Assembly: GCA_012837425.1 (NCBI GenBank)
Contig: DURE01000040.1
Coordinates: 15,099-79,098 of the forward strand
Length of the DNA stretch: 64,000 nt
Origin: Clostridiales bacterium
Lineage (GTDB): Bacteria; Bacillota; Clostridia; Oscillospirales; CAG-272
Direction of reading: 5' to 3'
Positions within the stretch are counted from its first letter, which is position 1. Every line of letters begins with the position of its first letter. The position numbers and the translations under genes were made by a program. The notes under the pieces were generated by a model. That model was not told the DNA's origin and did not search any database. It worked only from the letters and a program-made list of their open reading frames with translations. Positions 19,201 to 27,272 of the stretch are shown piece by piece.

Positions 19201-20616
19201 GAGGCGGCGCTGCTGGCAATACCCGCGGCCGAGGCCGCAATTGAGGCTGCCATAGAGGCCGAAGCCGAAGCGCTTGAGGCTTATAACGCCGCCAAGGCAG
19301 TAGCCGAAGAGGCCAAAGCGGCATACCAAAATGCCCTGTCCAGCGGCGACACCAACCTGATAAATACTACAAGAGATGCATATACGGCAGCTGCCGCAGC
19401 CGAAACTTCGGCAAGAGCCGCCCACACCAACGCGCAAAATGCCATAAAGACGGCACAGAATAATTTAACCGCCGCCAACAAGAACCTTGATGATGTTCTC
19501 AAGGCCGGCACCGACACGGTGGCTGCTGCAGCGGCGGCGGCTTCAGAGGCAGCGGTTCTCGCGGCCGACGCACGCGTTGCAGCCAGCTTTGTGAACACCG
19601 TCGAAAGCGCGACCGCCCAGATAAAACAGTCGGCTCTTGACTACGCGACTCAGGCCGAAAACGCCGCAGCCGAAGCCCTGACATATGCTACAAAGGCCAA
19701 AAACAACGCAGCCGCGGCAATAGCCATCAGCTCGGATAAATCGGTGGCAACCCTGATAAACACCGCAAAAACCACTGCAGCATCGGTCGATACAAGAGTG
19801 GCCGACGTTGCAATCAAGTATGAGGCCCTGCAAAACGCAATAATAAAGAGTGAGGAAGCCATCGTTGCTGAGGCCGAGGCGCTGCGGATTTATGAAGAAG
19901 CGCTGGCGGTTTATGAGGCGGCCAAAGCTGCGGCAGCCCTTTCGACGGCTACCCAGGCCGATAAAGAGGCAGCAACCGAAGCCGGCACCGCGATGAACAT
20001 GGCAAAGGCCGATTATATCACCGCGCAGTCAAATGCCACCAAAGCATCCAACTCGGTCAATCAAGCATTGACAGCCCTACGCATTTCGCTCCAGAGAGCG
20101 CTTGAAACCAAAAACACAGTGCTTGCAACCGCCGATTCGGTGGCAAAAGCCCTGAGTGATGCCTCGGATGCCATCGCCCTGCTCAACACACTTGAAGGTG
20201 TCAGCGATACCATCAAGACAGCGGCTACCGACGCATACCTCAGTGCCCAGGAGTTGTCTGTCGAAGTGAACATATTTGTCAATGCCGCAAATGCCAAATA
20301 CAACGAGGCGGCCGAGCTTGTCAAGGATTATGTGGTTATCGAGGAGCAGCCGGCCGACGACACTCCCACAACCCCGACACCGACGACGCCTGACCCCGTG
20401 CCCGGCGAGACCGAAAGCGAAGAATACGTATACACCAAGTATACCAATGACAACGGCAACATTGTTATGGTGACTTATGGCGACCAGGACAATGCCGGCT
20501 ACTACCTTGCGTACAAGACATTCGTCCTCAACTATAACTTCTTCGACGTGACGGTTGTTATCGAAGGAGTCAGATACACCATACCCGCCTCAGGATATGT
20601 TGCATTCTATCATTGA
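16294..20616 (+). CDS. Giant secreted protein: uncharacterised N-terminal ~880-aa domain (resembles proteins I recall as DUF5696), Ala-rich helical stalk, small C-terminal beta domain
   Basis: RBS GAGAGG, then ATG 16294. Signal/anchor MNKFIKTISLLLTAITLLGSLSWLSVIGVSA. There is no match to any catalytic motif I can name. The DUF5696 assignment is from memory and unverified. Confidence 0.5.
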   Translation: MNKFIKTISLLLTAITLLGSLSWLSVIGVSATSSKEKDEGPTIEEILEGYLTKKYDTPEAKLSTMELRLEKDGYELWVDKQSGEVATVDQATGQILFSNPYDIATSHGSASTKEQIMSQIHVRYIDNDTEKSFFSFVEAAYRGQIKVKNIKNGIRVEYTLGREETRMLVPRLIRRDRFETLIRDVAAAELGEENFTFKKLDAYYSLKDPDELVSDRARAELHAAFPITKRMAVYIFDPTASETEIRKIEEIIKTYCPLYTYEMLDEDHEITEFEGTDRAPALFKMALEYTLDEYGVSVRLPANGIRFDESQYKLEYISILPYMGAGASYSAADKTKTQTGYTFFPDGSGSLFRFEKLAPLPTTTIAGKVYGPDYAYQTLTGSNQEIIRYPAFGIVSNDIISQYVRAEIDGKISLVLQDVMVDNGYLAVIEEGDALTDIYTNHAAQLHKYNYMEMRVYPRPKDSYNMRDAISVGMNTTWTVVSSRKYVGSYKVRYFMLTDDNIAKEKGFTKYYEASWLGMATAYREYLAKTGVLERLSDDDVKPDIPLYIETFGAIETIEKILSIPVSTMVPLTSFEDIRTMYDELSADGISNINFKLTGYANGGMYSSIPYNLKWEKAVGGKDGFEELIGYAEEKDFGVYPDFDFAYAWSGLNGLFDGLSQKQHYAKSIDNRYANRREYSALYQTFTQRFAFSFSMVISPAYFSHFYEKLSDNYKKSGATSISVSTLGSSLNSDFDEKEPYNREDSKFFTIEAFKYLDSNYDSIMTSGGNAYTWKYVDHILDVSLDSSRYVRSSNSVPFIGTVLHGSVQFAGTPLNMEGNIGYAKLRIIENGAAPYFILSYQNQTLLKEDRYFSKYYSVRYDIWHRELVDIYNELNSLLADVQTKLIIDHKFFIGERIPDEDELQADILEEMNRIGKEHADAEAEAEVKAIKAILDARMTAKNNAAKTQELLATAIKAADDAEASITAIEAALLAIPAAEAAIEAAIEAEAEALEAYNAAKAVAEEAKAAYQNALSSGDTNLINTTRDAYTAAAAAETSARAAHTNAQNAIKTAQNNLTAANKNLDDVLKAGTDTVAAAAAAASEAAVLAADARVAASFVNTVESATAQIKQSALDYATQAENAAAEALTYATKAKNNAAAAIAISSDKSVATLINTAKTTAASVDTRVADVAIKYEALQNAIIKSEEAIVAEAEALRIYEEALAVYEAAKAAAALSTATQADKEAATEAGTAMNMAKADYITAQSNATKASNSVNQALTALRISLQRALETKNTVLATADSVAKALSDASDAIALLNTLEGVSDTIKTAATDAYLSAQELSVEVNIFVNAANAKYNEAAELVKDYVVIEEQPADDTPTTPTPTTPDPVPGETESEEYVYTKYTNDNGNIVMVTYGDQDNAGYYLAYKTFVLNYNFFDVTVVIEGVRYTIPASGYVAFYH
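19050..20330 (+). other. Ala-rich (A/E/K/T/N) low-complexity helical region inside the giant secreted protein
   Basis: About 427 codons dominated by GCN codons (AEAEAEVKAIKAILDA..., AAEAAIEAAIEAEAEALEAYNAAKAVAEEAKAAY...). The region produces many spurious antisense ORFs in the track. Confidence 0.8.
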
Positions 20617-20634
20617 TGAAAGAGAGGTACAGTA

Positions 20635-21618
20635 ATGACAAGCGAAGTAAAACTTAAGAATACCGTCAGTAACAAGGGTGCCTCGAAAAAAAGACGCCAC
20701 GCCTCTCTTGACAAGCGCAAGGCGCGGGCGGGCTGGCTGTTTGTGTTGCCTTTTGTGGTCGGTTTTCTGATTATCTATCTGCCGGTCATATTCGACTCCA
20801 TAAGGCTCAGTTTTTACCACATCAAGGTCCTTCCGGGCGGGGGATATACCCTCGACCCGGTCGGATGGGGCAACTACAAAGAGGCACTTTTCGTAGACCC
20901 CGACTATGTTCAGACCCTGCTGACAGGCATAAGACAGCTGATATTTGACATTCCCGCGATTATCATGTTCTCGCTGTTTATGGCGGTTCTGCTGAACCAG
21001 AAGATGGCGGGACGGGCAGTCTTCCGCGCAATATTCTTTGTTCCGGTTATTCTGGCTACAGGAATTATGGCGTCGATTGATTCCCAGAACATTCTTTCCG
21101 AGTACATGGAAGAGGAAGAAGGAATCAATACCGGCACAGGGCAGAGTGCTGCCGCCGAGATAGTCACGGCGATGGACATATCAAACCTGTTCCGAAACAT
21201 GAGGTTTTTCAGCGGTATGGAGGAGTATGTCGCGACAGCCATCAATAACATCTACGACATAGTCAACCGTTCGGGCGTGCAGATGCTGATATTCCTTGCT
21301 GGCCTTCAGTCTATTGACCCGAAGATTTACGAGTCCTGCCAGATAGACGGCGCGACCAGCTGGGAGACCTTCTGGAAGATTACCTTCCCGATGATAAGTC
21401 CGATGATTCTGGTCAATGCGGTTTACACGATAATAGACTCATTTACGGCGGGCTCAAATCAGGTGATGCAGTTCATCTCAAGGGTTTATCAAAGACCCGA
21501 CGGCAACGTGGTGAGCGCAGCAATGTCGTGGATGTACTTCCTGATAGTCATGTTGATAATAGCAGCCGTTGCCGGCCTCATGTCAGCATATGTGTTCTAT
21601 CAGAGACGCGATACATAA
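20635..21618 (+). CDS. Sugar ABC transporter permease (second pair, MalF-like)
   Basis: 327 aa with 6 TM helices and the EAA loop IYESCQIDGATSWETFWKITFPMISP. RBS GAGAGG. Confidence 0.85.
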   Translation: MTSEVKLKNTVSNKGASKKRRHASLDKRKARAGWLFVLPFVVGFLIIYLPVIFDSIRLSFYHIKVLPGGGYTLDPVGWGNYKEALFVDPDYVQTLLTGIRQLIFDIPAIIMFSLFMAVLLNQKMAGRAVFRAIFFVPVILATGIMASIDSQNILSEYMEEEEGINTGTGQSAAAEIVTAMDISNLFRNMRFFSGMEEYVATAINNIYDIVNRSGVQMLIFLAGLQSIDPKIYESCQIDGATSWETFWKITFPMISPMILVNAVYTIIDSFTAGSNQVMQFISRVYQRPDGNVVSAAMSWMYFLIVMLIIAAVAGLMSAYVFYQRRDT

Positions 21619-21630
21619 GGAGGCAGAAAG

Positions 21631-22719
21631 ATGAATTCTCAGAACATCGAAAAACCGAGAGTCCTAAAGGAGACCAAAAACAAGATAAGGGTCGAATTTG
21701 AGAGAACTCCTCTGCTTGAAAGACTCAAGGTAAAGTTCATCTCGATGCACTTCCTTGTGAGTCTTATATGGTACATCTTCCGGCTGATTCTTCTGATAGG
21801 AATCTCATATATCATACTTTATCCCTTCTATACCAAGATAGCCGGCTCGTTCATGATTCCCGACGATTTCGTCAATGTGACGGTTCGGCTCATTCCGACG
21901 CAACTCACGCTCAATACCTACAAGCAGATTTTTATTGAGATGGAATACTCCAAGGCGTTTGTCAACACTCTTTTGCTGTCGGGTACAGCCGCCATAATAC
22001 AGACCTTTGTCTGCTGCTTTATTGGGTACGGGCTTGCCAAATTCAGGTTCAAGGGCGGGAGGATCCTCTTGCTGCTGGTTATTTTAACCCTGATTGTACC
22101 TCACCAGACACTCCAGCTCTCGCTTTTCATGAACTTCAGATACTTTGACATTTTCGGCATACTGAAATTTTTGAGCGGCGGCGCCACGGTAGGAGTGGCG
22201 TGGATTGACAATATCCTCTCGAAGATAAAGATATTGCCTTTCCCTTACGGACTGACGCTGACCAACACCTTCTGGCCGATGATACTGCTCTCGGCCACCG
22301 GCCTTGCATTCAAGAACGGACTTTACATCTTTATGATGCGCCAGTTCTTCCGCGGAGTGCCCGATGAGCTTGAGGAATCGGCATATATTGACGGCTCGGG
22401 AGTGGTCAGAACATTTCTTACAATCATAATCCCCCTGTCGATACCCATGATGATTACCGTATTTCTCTTTGCCTTCTCGTGGCAGTGGACGGACTCTTTC
22501 TATACCAACCTTTTCTTCACTACAACGCAGACCATACTGATGCCGAAAATCGTCGGTATCCCAAGCACTCTCGAGACCAACTTCGCAGGGCAGAACCTCT
22601 ACTACGCCGCAATCCGCAATACCTGCGGACTGATGATTATCGCGCCGCTGGTAGTGCTCTTCCTGTTCTGCCAGAAGTTCCTTATCCAGGGCATCGAGCG
22701 CTCGGGTATCACAGGCTAA
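21631..22719 (+). CDS. Carbohydrate ABC transporter permease (second pair, MalG-like, enlarged)
   Basis: 362 aa with the EAA loop ELEESAYIDGSGVVRTFLTIIIPLSIP. RBS AAGGAGG. Confidence 0.85.
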   Translation: MNSQNIEKPRVLKETKNKIRVEFERTPLLERLKVKFISMHFLVSLIWYIFRLILLIGISYIILYPFYTKIAGSFMIPDDFVNVTVRLIPTQLTLNTYKQIFIEMEYSKAFVNTLLLSGTAAIIQTFVCCFIGYGLAKFRFKGGRILLLLVILTLIVPHQTLQLSLFMNFRYFDIFGILKFLSGGATVGVAWIDNILSKIKILPFPYGLTLTNTFWPMILLSATGLAFKNGLYIFMMRQFFRGVPDELEESAYIDGSGVVRTFLTIIIPLSIPMMITVFLFAFSWQWTDSFYTNLFFTTTQTILMPKIVGIPSTLETNFAGQNLYYAAIRNTCGLMIIAPLVVLFLFCQKFLIQGIERSGITG

Positions 22720-22737
22720 TAACAAAACAAACAAAAC

Positions 22738-22778
22738 AAAGGGGAAAGCTTCGCATGAAGCGTTCCCCTTTTGTTGTT
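22738..22778 (+). terminator. Rho-independent terminator ending the ABC/Yip1 locus
   Basis: AAAGGGGAAAGCTTC-gcat-GAAGCGTTCCCCTTTT followed by GTTGTT. Confidence 0.75.
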
Positions 22779-22931
22779 AGGCATCAGATATTAGATACTA
22801 GTGTATGCGGGAAATAAGGAAGCGCGGCGACCCCGGCGCCCCCCATACCCCTCTCCGATTGAACCGGTATGCTACGAGCAGCAAAGCGCGGGATGTGGGG
22901 CTCGCGCTGCTTTATTTGCGATTTAGTTTCA

Positions 22932-23007
22932 GGAGGTTTTTTGAGGATTCTCAGGGGATTTTTTCAATAAAGTTCCTTGAGCGAGGGGTATGTGGGCAGC
23001 GCCCCGC
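22932..23007 (+). repeat. Intergenic hairpin repeat family, copy A (abuts the alaS stop)
   Basis: GGAGGTTTTTTGAGGATTCTCAGGGGATTTTTTCAATAAAGTTCCTTGAGCGAGGGGTATGTGGGCAGCGCCCCGC aligns by eye, at roughly four positions in five, with the reverse complement of 36180-36254. Confidence 0.75.
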
Positions 23008-23014
23008 AATATTT

Positions 23015-25657
23015 TTATCGCAGCATAGCGGTAAGGGCGCCGGAGGCCGAGGCGAGGGCATCATCGAGCTTGGAGGCATCGCGGCCGCCTGCCATGGCAT
23101 TGTCAGGCCGCCCGCCGCCCTTGCCGCCGGCAATGGCGCTGATACTGCCCACCAGCTTTCCGGCGTGGGCGCCGCGGGCGACGGCCTCGGCCCCGGCAAC
23201 GGCGATAAAGTTGAGTTTTCCGCCGTTGTCTGTGGCGATTATGGCCACGGTATCGGGGTTTCGGGCTTTTATTTCGTCAGCAAGGCTGCGGGCGACATCG
23301 AGCTCCATACTGTCAAACCGGGCGGTGACCAGCTTTACCGGCCCTATGGTGACGGCTGATTTTAATATGTCATCAAGCTTTGTGGCTGCAAGCTTTGTGT
23401 TGAGAGCTTCAATTTCGCGCAGGGCGTCGCGCAGCTCGGTCTGGAGCGCGGCCGCTTTTTTGACAATATCGGAGGGATTTTGGGCTTTGAGCTCGCGGGC
23501 AGCGTCGCTGAGCAGCCGGCGCTCGCGGGTAATAAGGCTGAGCACGCCCTTGCCGGTGGTAGCCTCAATGCGGCGGACGCCGGCGGCGACCGAGGACTCG
23601 GCGAGGATTTTAAACAGCCCGATTTTAGCGGTGTTGTCGACATGCGTGCCGCCGCAGAGCTCCACCGAGCTCTCGCCCATGCGTACTACGCGCACCGTAT
23701 CGCCGTACTTCTCGCCGAAAAAGGCCAGCGCGCCGAGCCTTTGGGCTTCGTCGAGCGGCATTTCGGTCATGCTGCCGGGTGCTCCCCGGAGTATTTCATC
23801 GTTGACCAAATCCTCAACCCTTGAAATTTCCTCAGGGGTGAGGGCTGCAAAATGTGTAAAGTCAAAGCGCAGCCGCGCCTCGTCCACATAAGAGCCGGCC
23901 TGCTCTATATGTGAGCCCAAAACCCTGCGGAGCGCCGACTGGAGCAGATGGCAGGCCGAGTGGTTGCGCATGATGTTTTTGCGGCGGTCTTCATCAATAT
24001 GAGCCATAACCGTGTCGCCGACCCGGATTCTGCCGCTTATATTTGTGGCAATATGCAGATACACGCCGTCGGCTTTTTTGGTGTCGGTGACAATGGCCTC
24101 CATGCCGGGGCCTGAAATATTGCCGGTGTCGCCGACCTGGCCGCCGCCCTCGCCGTAGAAGGGGGTTTTGTTGAGTATGAGGGTAAAATCGCCCTCGTTG
24201 ACCTCTTCAACTGCGCGGGCGCCCTCCTCGTCCTCAATGATTATTGCAATCACCCTTGCCTCGGCGACGGGCGTGGTATAGCCGCAGAACTTGGTTTTCG
24301 GGAGGTTTTGGAGCAGCTTCTTTGAGTCGTCGCTCCAGCCGCCGACGCTGCCGCGGGCGGCCCTTGCGCGCTCACGCTGGGCTTGCATTAAGCTCCGGAA
24401 GGTTTCCTCGTCAACTCCGAGCTGTGCCTCGGCGGCTATTTCGCGGGTGAGGTCAGGCGGGAAACCGAAGGTGTCATAGAGCCTGAACACTTCCTCGCCC
24501 GACAAATGTGTCCTGCCAGCCGACCGGGCGTCGGCTATGAGGTCTGAGAGCTTGGCCAGCCCGGCATCTATGGTGGCGTTAAAGCGCTCCTCCTCGATTG
24601 AGATGACCTTCTTTATATATTCGGCCCGCTTGCCCAGCTCGGGATAGGGCGCGACGTTTTCGGCAATAGCGACATCGCATAACTCGGCCAGGAACCGACG
24701 CCCTATGCCGAGCAGCTTGCCGTGCCGGCAGGCGCGGCGGATTATGCGGCGCAGCACGTACCCCCGCCCTTCGTTTGAGGGGGTAATGCCGTCGCATATC
24801 ATGAACATTGCACCCTTGATGTGGTCGGTGATGACACGGATTGAAACATCGCTGTTTTTGTCGACACCGTATGTTTTGCCCGAAATCTGGCAGACCTTGT
24901 CGAGTATATTTTTGATGCTGTCAACCTCGAACATATTGTCGACACCCTGAATTACACAGGCCAGCCGCTCAAGTCCCAGGCCGGTGTCGATGTTCTTTTG
25001 CCTGAGCTCGGTATAGTTGCCCTGCCCGTCGTTGTAGAACTGTGTGAAGACGTTGTTCCAGATCTCCATGTAGCGGTCGCAGTCGCAGCCGGGTTTGCAG
25101 TCGGGGCTGCCGCAGCCGTATTTTTCGCCGCGGTCAAAGTAGATCTCGGAGCAGGGGCCGCAGGGACCCTGCCCGTGCTCCCAGAAGTTGTTGTCCTTGT
25201 CGAGCCGGACAATGCGCTCGGCCGGGACACCGACTATATCCCGCCAGATGGCGAATGCCTCATCATCCTTCTCGTAAATTGAAGGCCAGAGCAGCCCGGC
25301 AGGAATCTCAAGGTCTTGGGTGAGGAACTCCCACGCCCAGATGATGGCTTCCTTTTTGAAATAGTCGCCGAAGCTGAAGTTGCCGAGCATTTCAAAAAAG
25401 GTGCCGTGCCGCGCGGTGTGTCCCACCCGCTCAAGGTCGGGGGTGCGTATGCACTTCTGGCAGGTGGTAATTCGGCGGCGGGGAGGTGCCTCCTCGCCGG
25501 TGAAGTATTTTTTCATCGGCGCCATGCCCGAATTTATCAGGAGAAGCGATTTATCGCTGTCTGGTATAAGCGAAAACGAGGGGAGGCGGAGGTGGTCTTT
25601 CGACTCAAAGAAGGCGAGAAACTTCTCGCGCAGCTCATTAAGAGACATCCACTGCAT
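23015..25657 (-). CDS. alaS: Alanine--tRNA ligase
   Basis: 880 aa. Diagnostic AlaRS features: MQWMSLNELREKFLAFFESKDH, FTNSGM-like INSGMAPMK, HTFFEMLGNFSFGDYFK, editing-domain HSACHLL, and C-terminal DHHA1-like GGKGGGRPDNA. Confidence 0.95.
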   Translation of the reverse strand: MQWMSLNELREKFLAFFESKDHLRLPSFSLIPDSDKSLLLINSGMAPMKKYFTGEEAPPRRRITTCQKCIRTPDLERVGHTARHGTFFEMLGNFSFGDYFKKEAIIWAWEFLTQDLEIPAGLLWPSIYEKDDEAFAIWRDIVGVPAERIVRLDKDNNFWEHGQGPCGPCSEIYFDRGEKYGCGSPDCKPGCDCDRYMEIWNNVFTQFYNDGQGNYTELRQKNIDTGLGLERLACVIQGVDNMFEVDSIKNILDKVCQISGKTYGVDKNSDVSIRVITDHIKGAMFMICDGITPSNEGRGYVLRRIIRRACRHGKLLGIGRRFLAELCDVAIAENVAPYPELGKRAEYIKKVISIEEERFNATIDAGLAKLSDLIADARSAGRTHLSGEEVFRLYDTFGFPPDLTREIAAEAQLGVDEETFRSLMQAQRERARAARGSVGGWSDDSKKLLQNLPKTKFCGYTTPVAEARVIAIIIEDEEGARAVEEVNEGDFTLILNKTPFYGEGGGQVGDTGNISGPGMEAIVTDTKKADGVYLHIATNISGRIRVGDTVMAHIDEDRRKNIMRNHSACHLLQSALRRVLGSHIEQAGSYVDEARLRFDFTHFAALTPEEISRVEDLVNDEILRGAPGSMTEMPLDEAQRLGALAFFGEKYGDTVRVVRMGESSVELCGGTHVDNTAKIGLFKILAESSVAAGVRRIEATTGKGVLSLITRERRLLSDAARELKAQNPSDIVKKAAALQTELRDALREIEALNTKLAATKLDDILKSAVTIGPVKLVTARFDSMELDVARSLADEIKARNPDTVAIIATDNGGKLNFIAVAGAEAVARGAHAGKLVGSISAIAGGKGGGRPDNAMAGGRDASKLDDALASASGALTAMLR

Positions 25658-25720
25658 AAAGGTTAGGTCCTTTCGGAGAATTTATGGCTGCTGCCGCAGG
25701 CGCGGCAGCAGCAGTATCCA

Positions 25721-25749
25721 ATTATACCATCGAGGGCAAAAGGTGTCAA
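25721..25749 (-). promoter_or_regulatory. Consensus sigma-A promoter for alaS
   Basis: On the minus strand: TTGACA (25749-25744), 17 nt, TATAAT (25726-25721). A perfect 11-bp hairpin GCTGCTGCCGC/GCGGCAGCAGC (25687-25712) sits at the predicted 5' end of the transcript. Confidence 0.6.
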
Positions 25750-25763
25750 GTTGCCGCGCCGGC

Positions 25764-27050
25764 TCAATCAGCGTTAAAGCAGGTACAGGTTTGTTTTTTG
25801 CCGAAAAGGTCGCGGTGTATATCGAGAGTCGCAAAATAATCCTCGGGGGTTTCGGCGCGTCTTATCAGCTCAAATGTGCCGTCCTCTTTTTTCAGGATTT
25901 CGGCGCAGTGGAGCTTGCCGTTGTAATTGTAGCCCATCGAATAGCCGTGCGCTCCGGCGTCATGTATAACCAAAATATCGCCGATGTCGATTATAGGCAG
26001 CGAGCGGTTTATGGCAAATTTGTCGTTGTTCTCGCAGAGTGAACCCACGACGTCGTATACCATGTCGCACTCGCGGTCTTCTTTTCCCAGAACCGTGATA
26101 TGGTGGTAAGCCCGGTACATTGCCGGTCGCATCAGGTTTGCCGCGCAGGCGTCAACTCCGATATAATTTTTATATATTTCTTTTCTGTGAATGGCGGTGG
26201 TGACCAGCTGACCGAAGGGGCCGGTTATATACCGACCCAGCTCGGAGCATAGGGTGATATGCCCCAGCCCGGCCGGCACTAAAATTTCATTATATGCCCG
26301 ACGCACCTCCTCGCCGATATAGCGTATGTCAACCGGCTGCTGCTCAGGCCGGTAGGGAATTCCGATGCCGCCCGAGAGATTGACTACCGAGAGGGCGATG
26401 CCATGGTCGCGCCTGAGTTTTGCCGCGACCTCAAAAAGCGTGCGCGCCAGCGTGGGGTAATAGTCGTTCTCAAGGCAGTTGCTGGCAAGAAAGGCATGTA
26501 TACCAAGCTTTTTCACGCCGCGCGACAAAAGTTCCTTGTAGCCCTCTACAAGCTGCGGGTAGGTAAAGCCATATTTCGCCTCGCCTGGGTTGTCCATGAT
26601 TTTGTTGTTTATTTTGAATTCATCCCCCGGGTTATAGCGGCAGCATATCTCCTCAGGGAGGCCGGCGAGCGAGCCGAGAAATTCAATATGCGTTATATCG
26701 TCAAGGTTAATCCGGGCGCCGAGCCCCCTGGCATACAAAAAGTCGGCAGCAGGCGTTTCGTTGGACGAAAAGAAAATATCGTCGCCCCGCGCGCCCAGGA
26801 CCTCGGCTAGCATCAGCTCGGTGTATGACGAGCAGTCAAAGCCGCAGCCCTCTTCCCTGAGGATTTTCAGGATAATAGGATTAGGGTTGGCTTTTACCGC
26901 GAAATACTCACAGAATCCCGGGTTCCAGGAAAAGGCCGCAAGAAACTCCCGCAGGTTTTCCCTTATACCCTTTTCATCATAAATATAAAACGGGGTTGGA
27001 TATTCGGCCTTGAGTTCAAGTGCCTCTGCCAAGGTAAGAATCGGTCTCAT
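25764..27050 (-). CDS. Type III PLP-dependent decarboxylase of the Orn/DAP/Arg family (diaminopimelate decarboxylase-like)
   Basis: YFAVKANPNP (PLP lysine), SGGIGIPY, GSLCENNDKF. ATG 27050 with RBS AAAGGA is preferred over the GTG at 27056. Substrate is not assignable from sequence alone. Confidence 0.7.
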   Translation of the reverse strand: MRPILTLAEALELKAEYPTPFYIYDEKGIRENLREFLAAFSWNPGFCEYFAVKANPNPIILKILREEGCGFDCSSYTELMLAEVLGARGDDIFFSSNETPAADFLYARGLGARINLDDITHIEFLGSLAGLPEEICCRYNPGDEFKINNKIMDNPGEAKYGFTYPQLVEGYKELLSRGVKKLGIHAFLASNCLENDYYPTLARTLFEVAAKLRRDHGIALSVVNLSGGIGIPYRPEQQPVDIRYIGEEVRRAYNEILVPAGLGHITLCSELGRYITGPFGQLVTTAIHRKEIYKNYIGVDACAANLMRPAMYRAYHHITVLGKEDRECDMVYDVVGSLCENNDKFAINRSLPIIDIGDILVIHDAGAHGYSMGYNYNGKLHCAEILKKEDGTFELIRRAETPEDYFATLDIHRDLFGKKQTCTCFNAD

Positions 27051-27086
27051 TTGCACATCCTTTTTTATCTTGCGTAATAATATAAT

Positions 27087-27115
27087 ATTTTATCATATTA
27101 TAGCAATTATATCAA
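27087..27115 (-). promoter_or_regulatory. Putative promoter for the decarboxylase gene
   Basis: Minus strand: TTGATA, 17 nt, TAAAAT. Confidence 0.4.
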
Positions 27116-27168
27116 CAAAAAAATTCGGGGGCGGTCCGGTAAAAATGAAAGCGGCGAGGCGGCTTATA

Positions 27169-27197
27169 TTGACATTAGCTTCTGTGTGTGCTAAAAT
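27169..27197 (+). promoter_or_regulatory. Sigma-A type promoter for the MBL lipoprotein gene
   Basis: TTGACA (27169-27174), 17 nt, TAAAAT (27192-27197). Confidence 0.55.
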
Positions 27198-27272
27198 GCA
27201 ATCAGAAGCCCTGCCGGACGCTCTGTGACCGGCAGGAGCCCACGGCAAATTTTTGAGAGAAGGGGAACTGAT

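Noticed and set aside
18811-20324. Cluster of minus-strand ORFs (208, 104, 105, 96, 87 aa and others)
   Set aside because: They are artefacts of the GCN-rich Ala stalk of the giant secreted protein. Both complementary frames stay open over Ala-codon runs.
22977-23891. 304-aa ORF on the plus strand, plus several shorter ones through 25666
   Set aside because: It is antisense to alaS, whose identity is unambiguous. The translation is Ser/Ala/Arg/Pro-rich low-complexity sequence typical of the reverse frame of a GC-rich gene, and there is no RBS.
25658-25763. Possible T-box riboswitch upstream of alaS
   Set aside because: Only ~105 nt are available, and most of it is taken by a consensus promoter and one simple hairpin. 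There is no specifier loop or T-box sequence.
25380-26042. 220-aa plus-strand ORF spanning the alaS/decarboxylase junction
   Set aside because: It crosses an intergenic promoter region and is antisense to two well-supported genes, with no coding signal.
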